DNA of 64,000 nucleotides from Escherichia phage KEP4: sequence record PP047754; one strand, 5' to 3'. Shown piece by piece: positions 9,982 to 19,567 of this stretch (position 1 is its first letter; each line of letters starts with the position of its first letter). The notes under the pieces were generated by a model. It saw only the letters and a program-made list of their open reading frames with translations, ran no database searches and was not told where the DNA came from. The position numbers and the translations under genes were made by a program.

Positions 9982-10314
9982 ATGTCGGATGTTGCATTTA
10001 TAGCTGACCTGATTCGGGCGGCACAACAGGTGTGCCAGTCTGGAGAAACCAGTCTCAAACTCACTACAGAGCAGACTCTAGAATTTTATAAGAATCGTCG
10101 GCATTGGGGTAAGAATGTCAAGATACATTGCGAACCAGGTGAATTGGTTCAGCTTGATCTTCCGTCTTTTCCATTGCCAGTACAGACCAACACTCAGGAA
10201 TATTACAATGTTGAAGGCGTTGATATTATTCCTAAGTTTGGTTTTCACAGTATCGTTTACTTCTTCCTACGCCGTTTGGGAACCAGTATCGGCCCACTCG
10301 GTTCTCGTCATTAA
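9982..10314 (+). CDS. hypothetical protein (110 aa)
   Basis: ORF with GGAG RBS. Confidence 0.45.
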   Translation: MSDVAFIADLIRAAQQVCQSGETSLKLTTEQTLEFYKNRRHWGKNVKIHCEPGELVQLDLPSFPLPVQTNTQEYYNVEGVDIIPKFGFHSIVYFFLRRLGTSIGPLGSRH

Positions 10315-10326
10315 TGAGGATATATT

Positions 10327-10629
10327 ATGTCAGTTGAACAAATTGGTTTTTATCAACTCCCTTCTGATCCGAAACTGCGTCAAAAGATGATGCAGACTTT
10401 AGAAAATTGTCGCGCCGCCCAGATCCGTATCAAGTCTGAACAGACCTTTGTTACCGAAGCCCTGGCTGAATTGGCAAAAGAAACAGGCATCAAAGCCGTT
10501 GATCTGCGCAAAGTCGTTACCGATCGCGCTGGTGGAACTTATACCAAGACCATCGAGACCAGCGCCAAATACCAAGATCTTTATGAGTCGCTGTATCCTA
10601 ACGCCGCGCCTGATCGCACGGATGAATAA
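10327..10629 (+). CDS. hypothetical protein (100 aa)
   Basis: ORF followed by terminator hairpin. Confidence 0.5.
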   Translation: MSVEQIGFYQLPSDPKLRQKMMQTLENCRAAQIRIKSEQTFVTEALAELAKETGIKAVDLRKVVTDRAGGTYTKTIETSAKYQDLYESLYPNAAPDRTDE

Positions 10630-10637
10630 TATCGGTT

Positions 10638-10665
10638 AAAGCCCAACATTTGTTGGGCTTTACTT
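10638..10665 (+). terminator. rho-independent terminator-like hairpin
   Basis: AAAGCCCAACA..TGTTGGGCTTT inverted repeat. Confidence 0.5.
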
Positions 10666-10690
10666 CAATAAAACTTTACTTCAATAAAAC
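10658..10690. repeat. tandem direct repeat, 2 x 17 nt (CTTTACTTCAATAAAAC)
   Basis: Two adjacent identical copies read directly from the sequence. Confidence 0.8.
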
Positions 10691-10746
10691 TTGCGGCTAT
10701 CATTTAACCTACATTGAAAAGTTTCACTACATCATGAGAGGCAAAA

Positions 10747-11940
10747 ATGAAAGCCAAGACCTTCAGCATCCCAATTGATAACATTGGTCGTGTCAAGGAA
10801 CGTCTGGCCAAACTTGAAAGAACGGCCAAGCGCCTGAATCTCGAGTTCCCTCTTGTCGAATACAGCGAACCATACAAAACCCAGCATCGCGATTCTATCA
10901 CTGGTGAAAAATTCTATCGGTGGTGGCAGGATTGTACACTCACTGGTGAAGGCATCGACCGCCCCGTTTCCTACGGCGGGTGGAGCATTATTGGACAATT
11001 CAACCACCAGTATCCAAAAGTCATTCTGAATAAACTGTCAGATGACATCCACCCAAATTTCGTTCAAAGATTCGAAGCTGAAAACGTATCTTGGTGCGAG
11101 CATTGCAACAAATCTGTGCGTCGTCATAACACATATGTCGTTCGTAACGAACAATCTGGCGCACAGATGCTCGTGGGTAGCAGCTGCATGCATCATTATG
11201 TCCCGCATCAGAAATCCCTTGATGCGGTTATGTCTTATTATATGTCTATTCACGAAATGTTTACCCCCGATGAAGATGACCCAGAAGGGATTTATCGGGT
11301 TAATGAACCAGATTATGTTGATACAGAAGGATATTTGCGTAAATGCTTTCAGGTTTTGCTGTCCGGCCTGAGCATTAAAAGTGATGATTTTGGTCGAGTT
11401 CTTGGTCATATCTCTAGCGGTACTCGTCCGGAGAAAGGTTCTGACATTGAGATATTCTATAACAAGGCTGTTAAAGCCCGTGAAGATGCTCAATCAGAAA
11501 TGTACCATATGATGCTTTTCATCGCATCGTTGTCTGAAAATAACGATTTCAACGTCCGGCTGAAACGTATGTGCGAACCTGGTTATCACCTTGTTAAAGA
11601 CTCAACAACAGTTCGTTGGGGAGCAGCAAAGTATTATGATTATATCCACACCCCGCGCCAAACGCGCACTGTATCAAATTGGGTTGGTGAAGTCGGTGAA
11701 ATGTTAGAAGTGCAAGTCAAATTTGAAGCAAGGATTTTCCTGTATTCGTCTGATTATGGTGACACGTATCTGTATACTTTCAAAACCAAGGAAGGCAATA
11801 CCATTACATGGAAGACTTCCTATATGGAAACCGAGTTTTTAGAAGGCGATATGATCATTCGAGGTCGTGTCAAAGAATTGACCGAATTCAAAGGTATTAA
11901 ACAAACTCAGGTAACAAGGGCAAAACTGAGGAAATTATGA
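10747..11940 (+). CDS. hypothetical protein with Cys/His cluster (397 aa)
   Basis: AGAGG RBS; WCEHC..SSCMHH cluster; no toprim motifs so not called primase. Confidence 0.55.
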   Translation: MKAKTFSIPIDNIGRVKERLAKLERTAKRLNLEFPLVEYSEPYKTQHRDSITGEKFYRWWQDCTLTGEGIDRPVSYGGWSIIGQFNHQYPKVILNKLSDDIHPNFVQRFEAENVSWCEHCNKSVRRHNTYVVRNEQSGAQMLVGSSCMHHYVPHQKSLDAVMSYYMSIHEMFTPDEDDPEGIYRVNEPDYVDTEGYLRKCFQVLLSGLSIKSDDFGRVLGHISSGTRPEKGSDIEIFYNKAVKAREDAQSEMYHMMLFIASLSENNDFNVRLKRMCEPGYHLVKDSTTVRWGAAKYYDYIHTPRQTRTVSNWVGEVGEMLEVQVKFEARIFLYSSDYGDTYLYTFKTKEGNTITWKTSYMETEFLEGDMIIRGRVKELTEFKGIKQTQVTRAKLRKL

Positions 11941-12052
11941 TTATTTTTCAATTTGTTTTGAAAGCATTTGCATTCGGTCTTATCGCATGCGGAGTGATCA
12001 CAGCTATGCTGTTAATCATAGCCCTGATCATCCCCTTTAAGAGGAAACGCTG

Positions 12053-12262
12053 ATGGAATGTTCATGCGGAGGGCAAGGCACAAGTGCATACTTGCCATTT
12101 AACACCGTCAAGGAAGCCGAAGACGCTGGATATGCCGTGGACAAGGCTCCCTGTGTAATTGCCACCAAGGATTGTCCATGCTGTAAGAGGCACTCTCAGA
12201 ACGTTTGGTATGCCCCAGAAGCAAAGGGCAAAATTAATTTATTGAATATGATGAGGAAGTAA
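12053..12262 (+). CDS. small Cys-rich protein (69 aa)
   Basis: CSCGG..CPCC pattern suggests Zn binding. Confidence 0.4.
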   Translation: MECSCGGQGTSAYLPFNTVKEAEDAGYAVDKAPCVIATKDCPCCKRHSQNVWYAPEAKGKINLLNMMRK

Positions 12263-12263
12263 T

Positions 12264-12602
12264 ATGACCACACTCGTAGAAACATTATTCCCAGGATGCA
12301 CCCTTGGGCGCGGCGGTAGCGAAGCCAACGGGCTGGCAATTGACGCCGAACCCCAGAACTGCGTTGTTATCGACAAATTCCATGACAATCACTATCCTTT
12401 GAGCCATCGCCGTGATCATTATCTGGTTTCTGTTGGCGAAACATTGGTCTCTCTTCGTATTTGTGAAGCAATGCCTGGTTATGGTTACGATGCATTTGCA
12501 TATATCCATAGCGTTTCCAATGGGGAAATGGGGAAAGAATCCCTGACCGAACAATTTAAAGGATGGAAAGAATCTTTCACTTCTGTCAAGGAAAGGAGTT
12601 AG
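12264..12602 (+). CDS. hypothetical protein (112 aa)
   Basis: ORF immediately downstream. Confidence 0.45.
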   Translation: MTTLVETLFPGCTLGRGGSEANGLAIDAEPQNCVVIDKFHDNHYPLSHRRDHYLVSVGETLVSLRICEAMPGYGYDAFAYIHSVSNGEMGKESLTEQFKGWKESFTSVKERS

Positions 12603-12660
12603 AATAATTCTATTGAAGTCTCTAGGGTTATAATAACAAGACGAATAACCCTGGAGACAC

Positions 12661-14088
12661 ATGATGCTTCCTCTCTTAGAAATAATCCAAAATCTTCGTG
12701 ATACCAAAGGCACTAATGCTAAGAAAGCCGTGTTGACCGAAGCGTTCAGAACCAATCCGGAACTGGTTGATTTCCTTCAATACGTCTACGACCCGATGCG
12801 TTCTTATTACCGCACTCAATTCAATATAAACGCATTCCCTCGAATGCTCTCGCGCGGCGTTGTTGGTAGCTGGGATCAGGTTTATGACGTTCTCGATATG
12901 ATGGCCGAACGTAAGATCGGTGGGATGAAGGCAGATCAAGAACTTGCGAAGGCCGCGACCAACATCCATCCGGATTACCATACCCTGATACAAATTATAC
13001 TCGACAGAGACATCAAAGCGGGAATTGCCGAGAAAGGTATAAACGCAGCATTCAATGCGGTAGGTGGTACAGGGCGTCTGATTAATATCCTTCCATATCA
13101 CCGTTATGATAACATGACGATTGACTTGCTGAAGAAGATGGACTTCAAGCGCGGCGTCTTCAGCCAGCTGAAATCAGATGGCATGTTTGCCAACATCATC
13201 TGTCGTTATGGAAGAGACCCAGAGATTCGTTCTCGTTCCGGTTCTCTTATTGCAGGAGGTTCTGTTGATAACCTGTCATTAGTTTTCAAAGACCTGATCT
13301 ATGATGCGGGGATTGGTGAAAGCGTCTTCCATGGTGAACTGCTCGTCATTGATCTGAAAACGAATACAGTGTTGCCTCGGGCTATCGGCAATGGTAAGCT
13401 CAACAGTGTCATCCAAACGGGTGAACCCCTGGAAGATCGTTACAAGGTGATCTATCGGGTATGGGACGTTGTGCCGTATGACAAGTGGTTCGCCGCCGAG
13501 CGCGTGGACACGCCTTACGAGCAGCGCTTCGATATCATACAGCAACTGTTTGATGAAGGCGATGGTCTGGTTCAGGTTCAGGAGACCCGTGTCGTTCATT
13601 CGTTTGAAGAGGCGGTTGATCATTTCAAGGACGCACTGGCCCGTGGTGAAGAAGGAACGATCTGCAAAGCGGCTGATATGCCATGGGAAGACGGCACGTC
13701 CTCTGAAGGTCTGAAGCTGAAGATGGAAGTGGAATGTGACCTTGAGATAGTAGGATTTAACGAAGCCGACCAGAAGGGCAAGCATGCCAAGACATTCGGC
13801 TCCCTGCTTTGTAAGACAGCGGACGGGTTATTAGTCGTTGGCGTGTCAGGGATCTCAGATGCCCTGAGAAAGCATATGTGGGAAAACCAGGATGACTTCA
13901 TTGGCAAGATTGCAGCAGTACTCTCTAATGGCGTGCAGGATAAAACCGAGGACTCACTGAAATCCCTGTTCCTACCTCGCCTGGTGGAAGTCCGCACTGA
14001 CAAGAAAGAGGCCAACACGCTGGCTGAAGTCTACGCGATTCAGAAAGCATACATCGAAAACATCGTCACACTGCTGGAGGCCGCATGA
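12661..14088 (+). CDS. ATP-dependent DNA ligase (T4 gp30-like)
   Basis: FSQLKSDGMFANII matches T4 ligase FAQLKADGARCF (adenylation lysine motif); 475 aa. Confidence 0.85.
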   Translation: MMLPLLEIIQNLRDTKGTNAKKAVLTEAFRTNPELVDFLQYVYDPMRSYYRTQFNINAFPRMLSRGVVGSWDQVYDVLDMMAERKIGGMKADQELAKAATNIHPDYHTLIQIILDRDIKAGIAEKGINAAFNAVGGTGRLINILPYHRYDNMTIDLLKKMDFKRGVFSQLKSDGMFANIICRYGRDPEIRSRSGSLIAGGSVDNLSLVFKDLIYDAGIGESVFHGELLVIDLKTNTVLPRAIGNGKLNSVIQTGEPLEDRYKVIYRVWDVVPYDKWFAAERVDTPYEQRFDIIQQLFDEGDGLVQVQETRVVHSFEEAVDHFKDALARGEEGTICKAADMPWEDGTSSEGLKLKMEVECDLEIVGFNEADQKGKHAKTFGSLLCKTADGLLVVGVSGISDALRKHMWENQDDFIGKIAAVLSNGVQDKTEDSLKSLFLPRLVEVRTDKKEANTLAEVYAIQKAYIENIVTLLEAA

Positions 14089-14294
14089 GCAGCATAACGT
14101 TCAACCGAGTGAAGGAATTCATCCGCTCAAATCCTAATTGCTCCTATGCTCAAATCGCCGAGGGTGCTAACATCCCCATGAGCATGGTGAGTGGCTGCCT
14201 TCGCGTCCTGATACGCCAGGGTGAGATTGTCAAGCATTCCCATCACAATGCCCAGGGCAAGCAGCTGTCCAACAGTTATGAGGTTGTTGGATGA
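14085..14294 (+). CDS. hypothetical small protein (69 aa)
   Basis: ORF overlapping ligase stop. Confidence 0.45.
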   Translation: MSSITFNRVKEFIRSNPNCSYAQIAEGANIPMSMVSGCLRVLIRQGEIVKHSHHNAQGKQLSNSYEVVG

Positions 14295-14508
14295 AAATTT
14301 TCCTCCTGATGTGTATCACAACAACCATGAAGGCCTGGACGTTCAGGCGGTACTGACCAGCCCAGAAGCGGTGCAAGAGAAGTTTCCTATCCACGCCAAG
14401 AAGTGGGGTATGGGTCTGAAAGAGGCCACCCAGTATTTCAGTATCGAGGTCTGGGACACCAACACTGGGGAGTACTTGGAAGATATCCCTCTGGTTCTCC
14501 CGTCTTAG
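14278..14508 (+). CDS. hypothetical small protein
   Basis: Internal ATG of ORF 14221..14508 chosen to avoid long overlap. Confidence 0.35.
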   Translation: MRLLDENFPPDVYHNNHEGLDVQAVLTSPEAVQEKFPIHAKKWGMGLKEATQYFSIEVWDTNTGEYLEDIPLVLPS

Positions 14509-14514
14509 TTGAAC

Positions 14515-14540
14515 AAAGGGGTTCTCCGCAACCCCTTTCA
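14515..14540 (+). terminator. terminator-like hairpin
   Basis: AAAGGGG..CCCCTTT inverted repeat after ORF. Confidence 0.4.
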
Positions 14541-14590
14541 ATAAATCCCACAGAGGTATAATTCCGGCATATCGTCATGAAGGTAATGTT

Positions 14591-14854
14591 ATGAAACTTG
14601 TTGACAAACAACCAAGAAAGAATAATGACTCATTACATCTCTTAACCATTATGCGGGAGTTGGGAGTTTCTGAATTGCAAATGATGAAGATGATGAATTG
14701 TTCTGACGTTGTCTATAATTGGACAAACGGTTATCGTCTTATCCCAAAATCATTCCGTCGTTTTATTTTGGCATTGGTGTTTATTCATCGCCAAGGAAAA
14801 ACAGAAGAGTTTCAACGTTTCGTTAAATCAGAGGAGAGATCACGTGGTTGGTAA
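14591..14854 (+). CDS. hypothetical protein (87 aa)
   Basis: ORF with RBS-like GAAGG upstream. Confidence 0.45.
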   Translation: MKLVDKQPRKNNDSLHLLTIMRELGVSELQMMKMMNCSDVVYNWTNGYRLIPKSFRRFILALVFIHRQGKTEEFQRFVKSEERSRGW

Positions 14855-14997
14855 AAATCCGCCGTCATATGCCAAAATCGGGATCGCTTTCCGGAACGCC
14901 ATGCTTTTCATTAAAGAGAAAGGCTTGGTGACGGAGTTCAATCAGTTCTGTTCTGAACGCCGCAGATTACAGAAACAGAAAAGCAGGGAGAAACGCC

Positions 14998-15660
14998 ATG
15001 ATAACTGAGTGGGAGAAAATGCAATATGAAAGGGCATTCAACGTTTATTGCATCTATATGGCGATCAAATTGCATTTCACCACAAAAGACTTTGATTATG
15101 GCCTGTATGGGCCGATGAACAATTACAAGTTTGAAACGTTCTATTCTAAACAGGGCGTGGCCAAACAATTTGCTAAACTTGCTCGTCGGTTTGAATCGTC
15201 CCAAGGTGAAGTGGTGGAAAATTATATTATTGCCAACTTTGTTAAATCACCAAAGACGTGGGTGACAACATTACTTACAAGACAGGCCCAAGAAAATTAT
15301 AATGAATATCGCCGCCTGTATGACAACTTCTCATATAATTTTCTTGAACATTTTGAGAGATATATGATCCCTGAGATAAAAGAAAGAGGCGTGAATTTTA
15401 TCCAATATATCAAAGGAAATGGTAATGGGCATCCACCTTTACTGACAGATATTATTGTTAAACGCTATCCAATTTGGTTTCTCGTTGGATTGAATAAAGT
15501 AGTGGGGTTCATCCATTTATATGATACAATACTCAAGGATGACATCTATTGGAACTCTGAGTCTTTTTTATTAAAGAAAACCAATTCAGTTGTTCCTGAT
15601 GAAAACACAGAATACACAAAAGGAAAACTCCGTGAGCTAATCCTTGCCCACGGAATTTGA
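14998..15660 (+). CDS. gp59-like helicase loading protein (tentative)
   Basis: 220 aa versus T4 gp59 217 aa with similar hydrophobic pattern; weak. Confidence 0.4.
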   Translation: MITEWEKMQYERAFNVYCIYMAIKLHFTTKDFDYGLYGPMNNYKFETFYSKQGVAKQFAKLARRFESSQGEVVENYIIANFVKSPKTWVTTLLTRQAQENYNEYRRLYDNFSYNFLEHFERYMIPEIKERGVNFIQYIKGNGNGHPPLLTDIIVKRYPIWFLVGLNKVVGFIHLYDTILKDDIYWNSESFLLKKTNSVVPDENTEYTKGKLRELILAHGI

Positions 15661-17601
15661 TTACCAATCCCAGAGAATGCGCCCTGTATCAGTACGGTTG
15701 GACGGCTCCAACTGTGAACTATTGAAGTTGTTCGTCGTACTGACTTTCTTCGAGTTGTCCACATTTTGTTGTACTGGAACCACAACACTGGCTGGCGGGT
15801 TAGCATAGGCGGATTTAACTTCTTCGATGTTATTGGCTGCTCTTCCTTGAACCGGATAAGCCCCGCCCAGAGTACCTCCCCCAATCCCTGCGTATGCGTC
15901 TTTCAATTGTGAAGTTCTATCCGTAACGTTGACAGCGTCTGAGGACACCCCAGAAGGCATCGGAGTTAACGTGCTGATATTGGCATTGGGTTGTGCTGGT
16001 GATTGGCTGCTTGGCGGCGTAGACGCATTCTCAGGAGCCTTATCGTCTTGGCTGATTAGCATAGACTGTCTTGCTTCCGCCATTTTGTTCCTGGCTGCTT
16101 CACCACCCAGAGCATCAGGTATGATACTCACGAATTTATCCACGATATCAAACATGGCATTGGTTATGGCATTCAACATATTAAAGAATGGTTTCTTCAC
16201 GTTTTCCGCAAATCCTTTCTTCATATCTTCAACGACTTTATTTGCAGCCGCCATGCCATCATCAATCAATCCTGATATCCCGCCCGTTACCCAATCAACC
16301 AATTTTATCAATTGGCCTTGTAAGTTGTCTGCAAGTTTACCAGGGATTTCGGTCAGCGCTGTCCCTTTACCGATCCCAGCAAACAGATCGTTGGATACCC
16401 AATCAACGATAGAATTGAGCCAGCGCACTGGTGCTTCGGTCATCTTCAATACTTGTTCACGGAACGCCTTTCCAAATCCCGCGTTATCCCAACCAAATAT
16501 TTCAGCCACCCAATCAGCCAGATCTCCGAAACTGCCAACAAGTTCTGTTATGCCCGCCTGAACCCTGTCTACTATTGAAACTTGGGCTTTGCCAAGGATT
16601 TCTTTAGCATTGAAGAAACCTTTACCGAATTCAAATACAGATGTTATCAGAGCCAAAGGTCCGACTCGAAGCATCTTGGTCGCTGCTTTCAAAGGCTTCA
16701 ATAGACCACCGATGCCCATCCCGAATCCCATGAATAACTTGATGAATCCTCCAATGAGTTTTAGTGGAGACATCAGGAGTTTCAATGCTCCCAAGCCGAG
16801 AAGTGCACCCAGCGCCGCGCCCATACCGGAAGATTGCCCGTCCTGTTTTGGTTCAGAAGGTGGAATAGAACCTGCTTCGGGATTGTTCTTGTTCTCTTTA
16901 CCTTCTTCGCCGCGCCGGAATTTCTCTTCTTCTCGATATTTTTGATCACTCTCATAGATACGCGTTAATGTGTCATTGAGGTCTTCATTCATGTACCCCA
17001 ATTTATCATCAATGCTGTCAAGACGAGTAACGGTTTCGTTGTTGGCATCTTTATTGAAGTCTAGCGTGTCCTTGTGAGTCTGGAGCATTATGTCGGTCAG
17101 GTTTACAATCTTCCCTCCCACCAATGCCAGTTTGTCCTGTAATCCATCAAGACGTTCTAGACTATCTTCATTCGCTGCTCCTAATTGATCCGATATCATG
17201 TCAAGATATTCAACAGACATATCATCAACAGGACCATTCGCCGCTTCACCAAATTTTTCGATCTTGGTGGCGATACGCATCAGTTCTTCATTGCCATCCT
17301 TTGTTAGACTGACGGTGTCTTTCATCCAAGTGCTGTAATCCCTTGTGAAAATAGGACTGACGCGGACAAACCCACCAACAATATCATTCACCGATGGGAA
17401 TTTAATTGGCGGGACTTTCTGCTCCTGATTAGACGCCTGGCGTGTCTTCAGAGATTGCAGTTGTTTGTTGACATCGGCGAGCTGTTTATTCGTCTCGGAT
17501 TGGGCGCGCAATTGCTTGCGCTCCATCATTTCTTTTTTGATTTTATCCAAAACCTTGACGATGTCTTGCTGCCCTGGTGTCGGTTGATTGTTATCTGCCA
17601 T
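15661..17601 (-). CDS. tail tape-measure-like structural protein (tentative)
   Basis: 646 aa, coiled-coil N-terminus, Gly-rich hydrophobic segment; GAGAGG RBS. Confidence 0.45.
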   Translation of the reverse strand: MADNNQPTPGQQDIVKVLDKIKKEMMERKQLRAQSETNKQLADVNKQLQSLKTRQASNQEQKVPPIKFPSVNDIVGGFVRVSPIFTRDYSTWMKDTVSLTKDGNEELMRIATKIEKFGEAANGPVDDMSVEYLDMISDQLGAANEDSLERLDGLQDKLALVGGKIVNLTDIMLQTHKDTLDFNKDANNETVTRLDSIDDKLGYMNEDLNDTLTRIYESDQKYREEEKFRRGEEGKENKNNPEAGSIPPSEPKQDGQSSGMGAALGALLGLGALKLLMSPLKLIGGFIKLFMGFGMGIGGLLKPLKAATKMLRVGPLALITSVFEFGKGFFNAKEILGKAQVSIVDRVQAGITELVGSFGDLADWVAEIFGWDNAGFGKAFREQVLKMTEAPVRWLNSIVDWVSNDLFAGIGKGTALTEIPGKLADNLQGQLIKLVDWVTGGISGLIDDGMAAANKVVEDMKKGFAENVKKPFFNMLNAITNAMFDIVDKFVSIIPDALGGEAARNKMAEARQSMLISQDDKAPENASTPPSSQSPAQPNANISTLTPMPSGVSSDAVNVTDRTSQLKDAYAGIGGGTLGGAYPVQGRAANNIEEVKSAYANPPASVVVPVQQNVDNSKKVSTTNNFNSSQLEPSNRTDTGRILWDW

Positions 17602-17611
17602 TTGTCACCTC

Positions 17612-19000
17612 TCAGACCTTCTGGGCTTGTCCTTTCTCTATTGGCGTCGGAGTTGGTGTAGAAGCCACAGTTTGACCAGTCTGAGGCGGTAAGACCTTCT
17701 GGATCATACTATCTTTGGCAATCTCAGCGACGCATTGATAATCATTTGTCAGGCGTGAAATCTTGTGGCGTATCTTTGTGACGATATAATGGCCTGTTGA
17801 TAACTTACTTAACTCGGCAATGTTTTCATTAGATTTCGGGCGGTTCGACAAATCTTCAATATAATAAACCTGCCCAACATTCAGACGGTTATCCCCCACG
17901 ACCAGTAAACGCATAACCGTTGACGCGAGGCTGAATTCTATAACGCGTCGTGCGTAATCTATTTGTTCAGCTCCATCTGGTTGTGCCTCGATATAACGAA
18001 CATTTTCACGATCAAATTGATCCGAGAACAAAGGGAACGGATCAAGGTGAGCAGTGCTGTCAAACCATTCTGAATAAATGCGTTGGGTCGCTGTCGTGGA
18101 TTTTGTACTAAAGTCATACACGCGCTCGTTCACTGCCAAGATATCCCGATAATTCGCCATGTACTGATCACGCGCCAGTTTCTTTTCAGCCTTGATGATC
18201 GTCCGCATAAAACGTTCGGAGTTGAAGTTATTGTCTTGCATTAACGGGGCATCTTGAGGATCACGGAAGAATTTCTTTTCCGCGCTTGCCTCTTGTTTCT
18301 CTTCGGCAGTCATGGACTGATTGCCCTGGTTGAACAATGTCGTCATGCTCTTGAAGTGATAGCCTGTGAAGTCTTCATAGAAAACAAATGGCATAAACAA
18401 TTCGTCGTATGCGCGGCTGGCCATATAATCTATGGAGCGAAGTACAGGCCAAAGAGGGGTGGCGAATCGTTCTTGCACGCCATACGACGGATCTATGTCT
18501 TCAAATTTGGTTCGAGAATTTAACTGCTCAAAAATCTTGGCCGCCATTTCTGAATAAGAACCGTTCAGACCGATAGACTTACGCAGCATGCTGTCACGGT
18601 ACGCATCTGTTGTCACCAAGTGCAGCCAAAATGCTTTTTTAGATGATGAATTGGATTCATCCGCAACTCTACCCACCCGACTCACGCGCAATGAGAGAGT
18701 AGTGTAATCAGAAGCCGCAGGTGATTTGAACGATACCACTACTTCCTCACCTCCGAGGATTGGCATTGTATCCAATATATCCCAGCCTTCTTTGATCAGA
18801 ATATTAGCTGTCAACGACGGTGATGCATTCCCTTCCAGACCAAGATCCTGATATACGTTGAATTCTTGAAACAACGATGAAAGGTCATAAGGCTTGGGAG
18901 TACCGCCTTCAGGCGTGTGCGGTAATATCGCCATATATTTCAAATCAAATGTTGTGGACGGAGTTAAAATTCCGTCCTGGGATTCTTTATTTTCGATCAT
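17612..19000 (-). CDS. baseplate/tail structural protein (tentative)
   Basis: 462-aa ORF with AGGAG RBS in a co-directional structural gene run. Confidence 0.4.
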   Translation of the reverse strand: MIENKESQDGILTPSTTFDLKYMAILPHTPEGGTPKPYDLSSLFQEFNVYQDLGLEGNASPSLTANILIKEGWDILDTMPILGGEEVVVSFKSPAASDYTTLSLRVSRVGRVADESNSSSKKAFWLHLVTTDAYRDSMLRKSIGLNGSYSEMAAKIFEQLNSRTKFEDIDPSYGVQERFATPLWPVLRSIDYMASRAYDELFMPFVFYEDFTGYHFKSMTTLFNQGNQSMTAEEKQEASAEKKFFRDPQDAPLMQDNNFNSERFMRTIIKAEKKLARDQYMANYRDILAVNERVYDFSTKSTTATQRIYSEWFDSTAHLDPFPLFSDQFDRENVRYIEAQPDGAEQIDYARRVIEFSLASTVMRLLVVGDNRLNVGQVYYIEDLSNRPKSNENIAELSKLSTGHYIVTKIRHKISRLTNDYQCVAEIAKDSMIQKVLPPQTGQTVASTPTPTPIEKGQAQKV

Positions 19001-19554
19001 TTGGTCAGCTCCTGTTCTAGCTGATTAACAAAGGAAGAAACATAATCTGGGTCTAGAACCTGAATATTCCGTTTGGCTTCGTTTTTGTTTATAGCATCAT
19101 CATGATATGTAATACCTGTCAGGCCATAGTTGGCGATAATCGTGGAATCATCCATAGAACCAAGGCCATATGCTAAACGTATTGCTCTAGGATCTGTTTC
19201 ATGACCGAATTCGTCAACGTAGTATTTCACATCCCACATTCCGTCAAGGCCGTATCGAGCCGTCAGTTCTTCAATGATACGGCGCTCCGGTTTCGGCCAG
19301 TCCTCTGCGATGTCCATGATACCATTGATAAGACATGGGATCCAAAACAGCTCGAAGGAACCGTAGACGCGTTCAGCAAAAGACCTTGGGGTTTCCCCAT
19401 CGAAAACAGTATACGGCAGGAGAAGCCCTTCTATGTCCCTAATTTTCTTAACAACCATAACCCGTCGTGTTAAGTTCTGCAACAGGACTTGGTCATCCTC
19501 TTTGACACCAATTAATTGATGCCACACGAGTGGAAATTTCTCAAAATATTTCAT
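18997..19554 (-). CDS. baseplate protein (tentative)
   Basis: Start set to ATG at 19554 with AAGGAG RBS; track start 19593 is TTG. Confidence 0.4.
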   Translation of the reverse strand: MKYFEKFPLVWHQLIGVKEDDQVLLQNLTRRVMVVKKIRDIEGLLLPYTVFDGETPRSFAERVYGSFELFWIPCLINGIMDIAEDWPKPERRIIEELTARYGLDGMWDVKYYVDEFGHETDPRAIRLAYGLGSMDDSTIIANYGLTGITYHDDAINKNEAKRNIQVLDPDYVSSFVNQLEQELTK

Positions 19555-19567
19555 GGCATCTTTCTCC

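Noticed and set aside
10747-11940. Calling this ORF the gp61 primase because it follows the gp41 helicase region
   Set aside because: No toprim (E, DxD) motifs and the Zn cluster differs from the gp61 CxxC..CxxC ribbon; left as hypothetical
14709-15008. ORF 14709..15008 and other ORFs nested inside or antisense to larger genes (e.g. 1258..1464, 1513..1791, 15929..16561, 23973..24503, 50120..50845)
   Set aside because: Embedded in or overlapping better-supported genes on the same or opposite strand, without independent RBS or motifs
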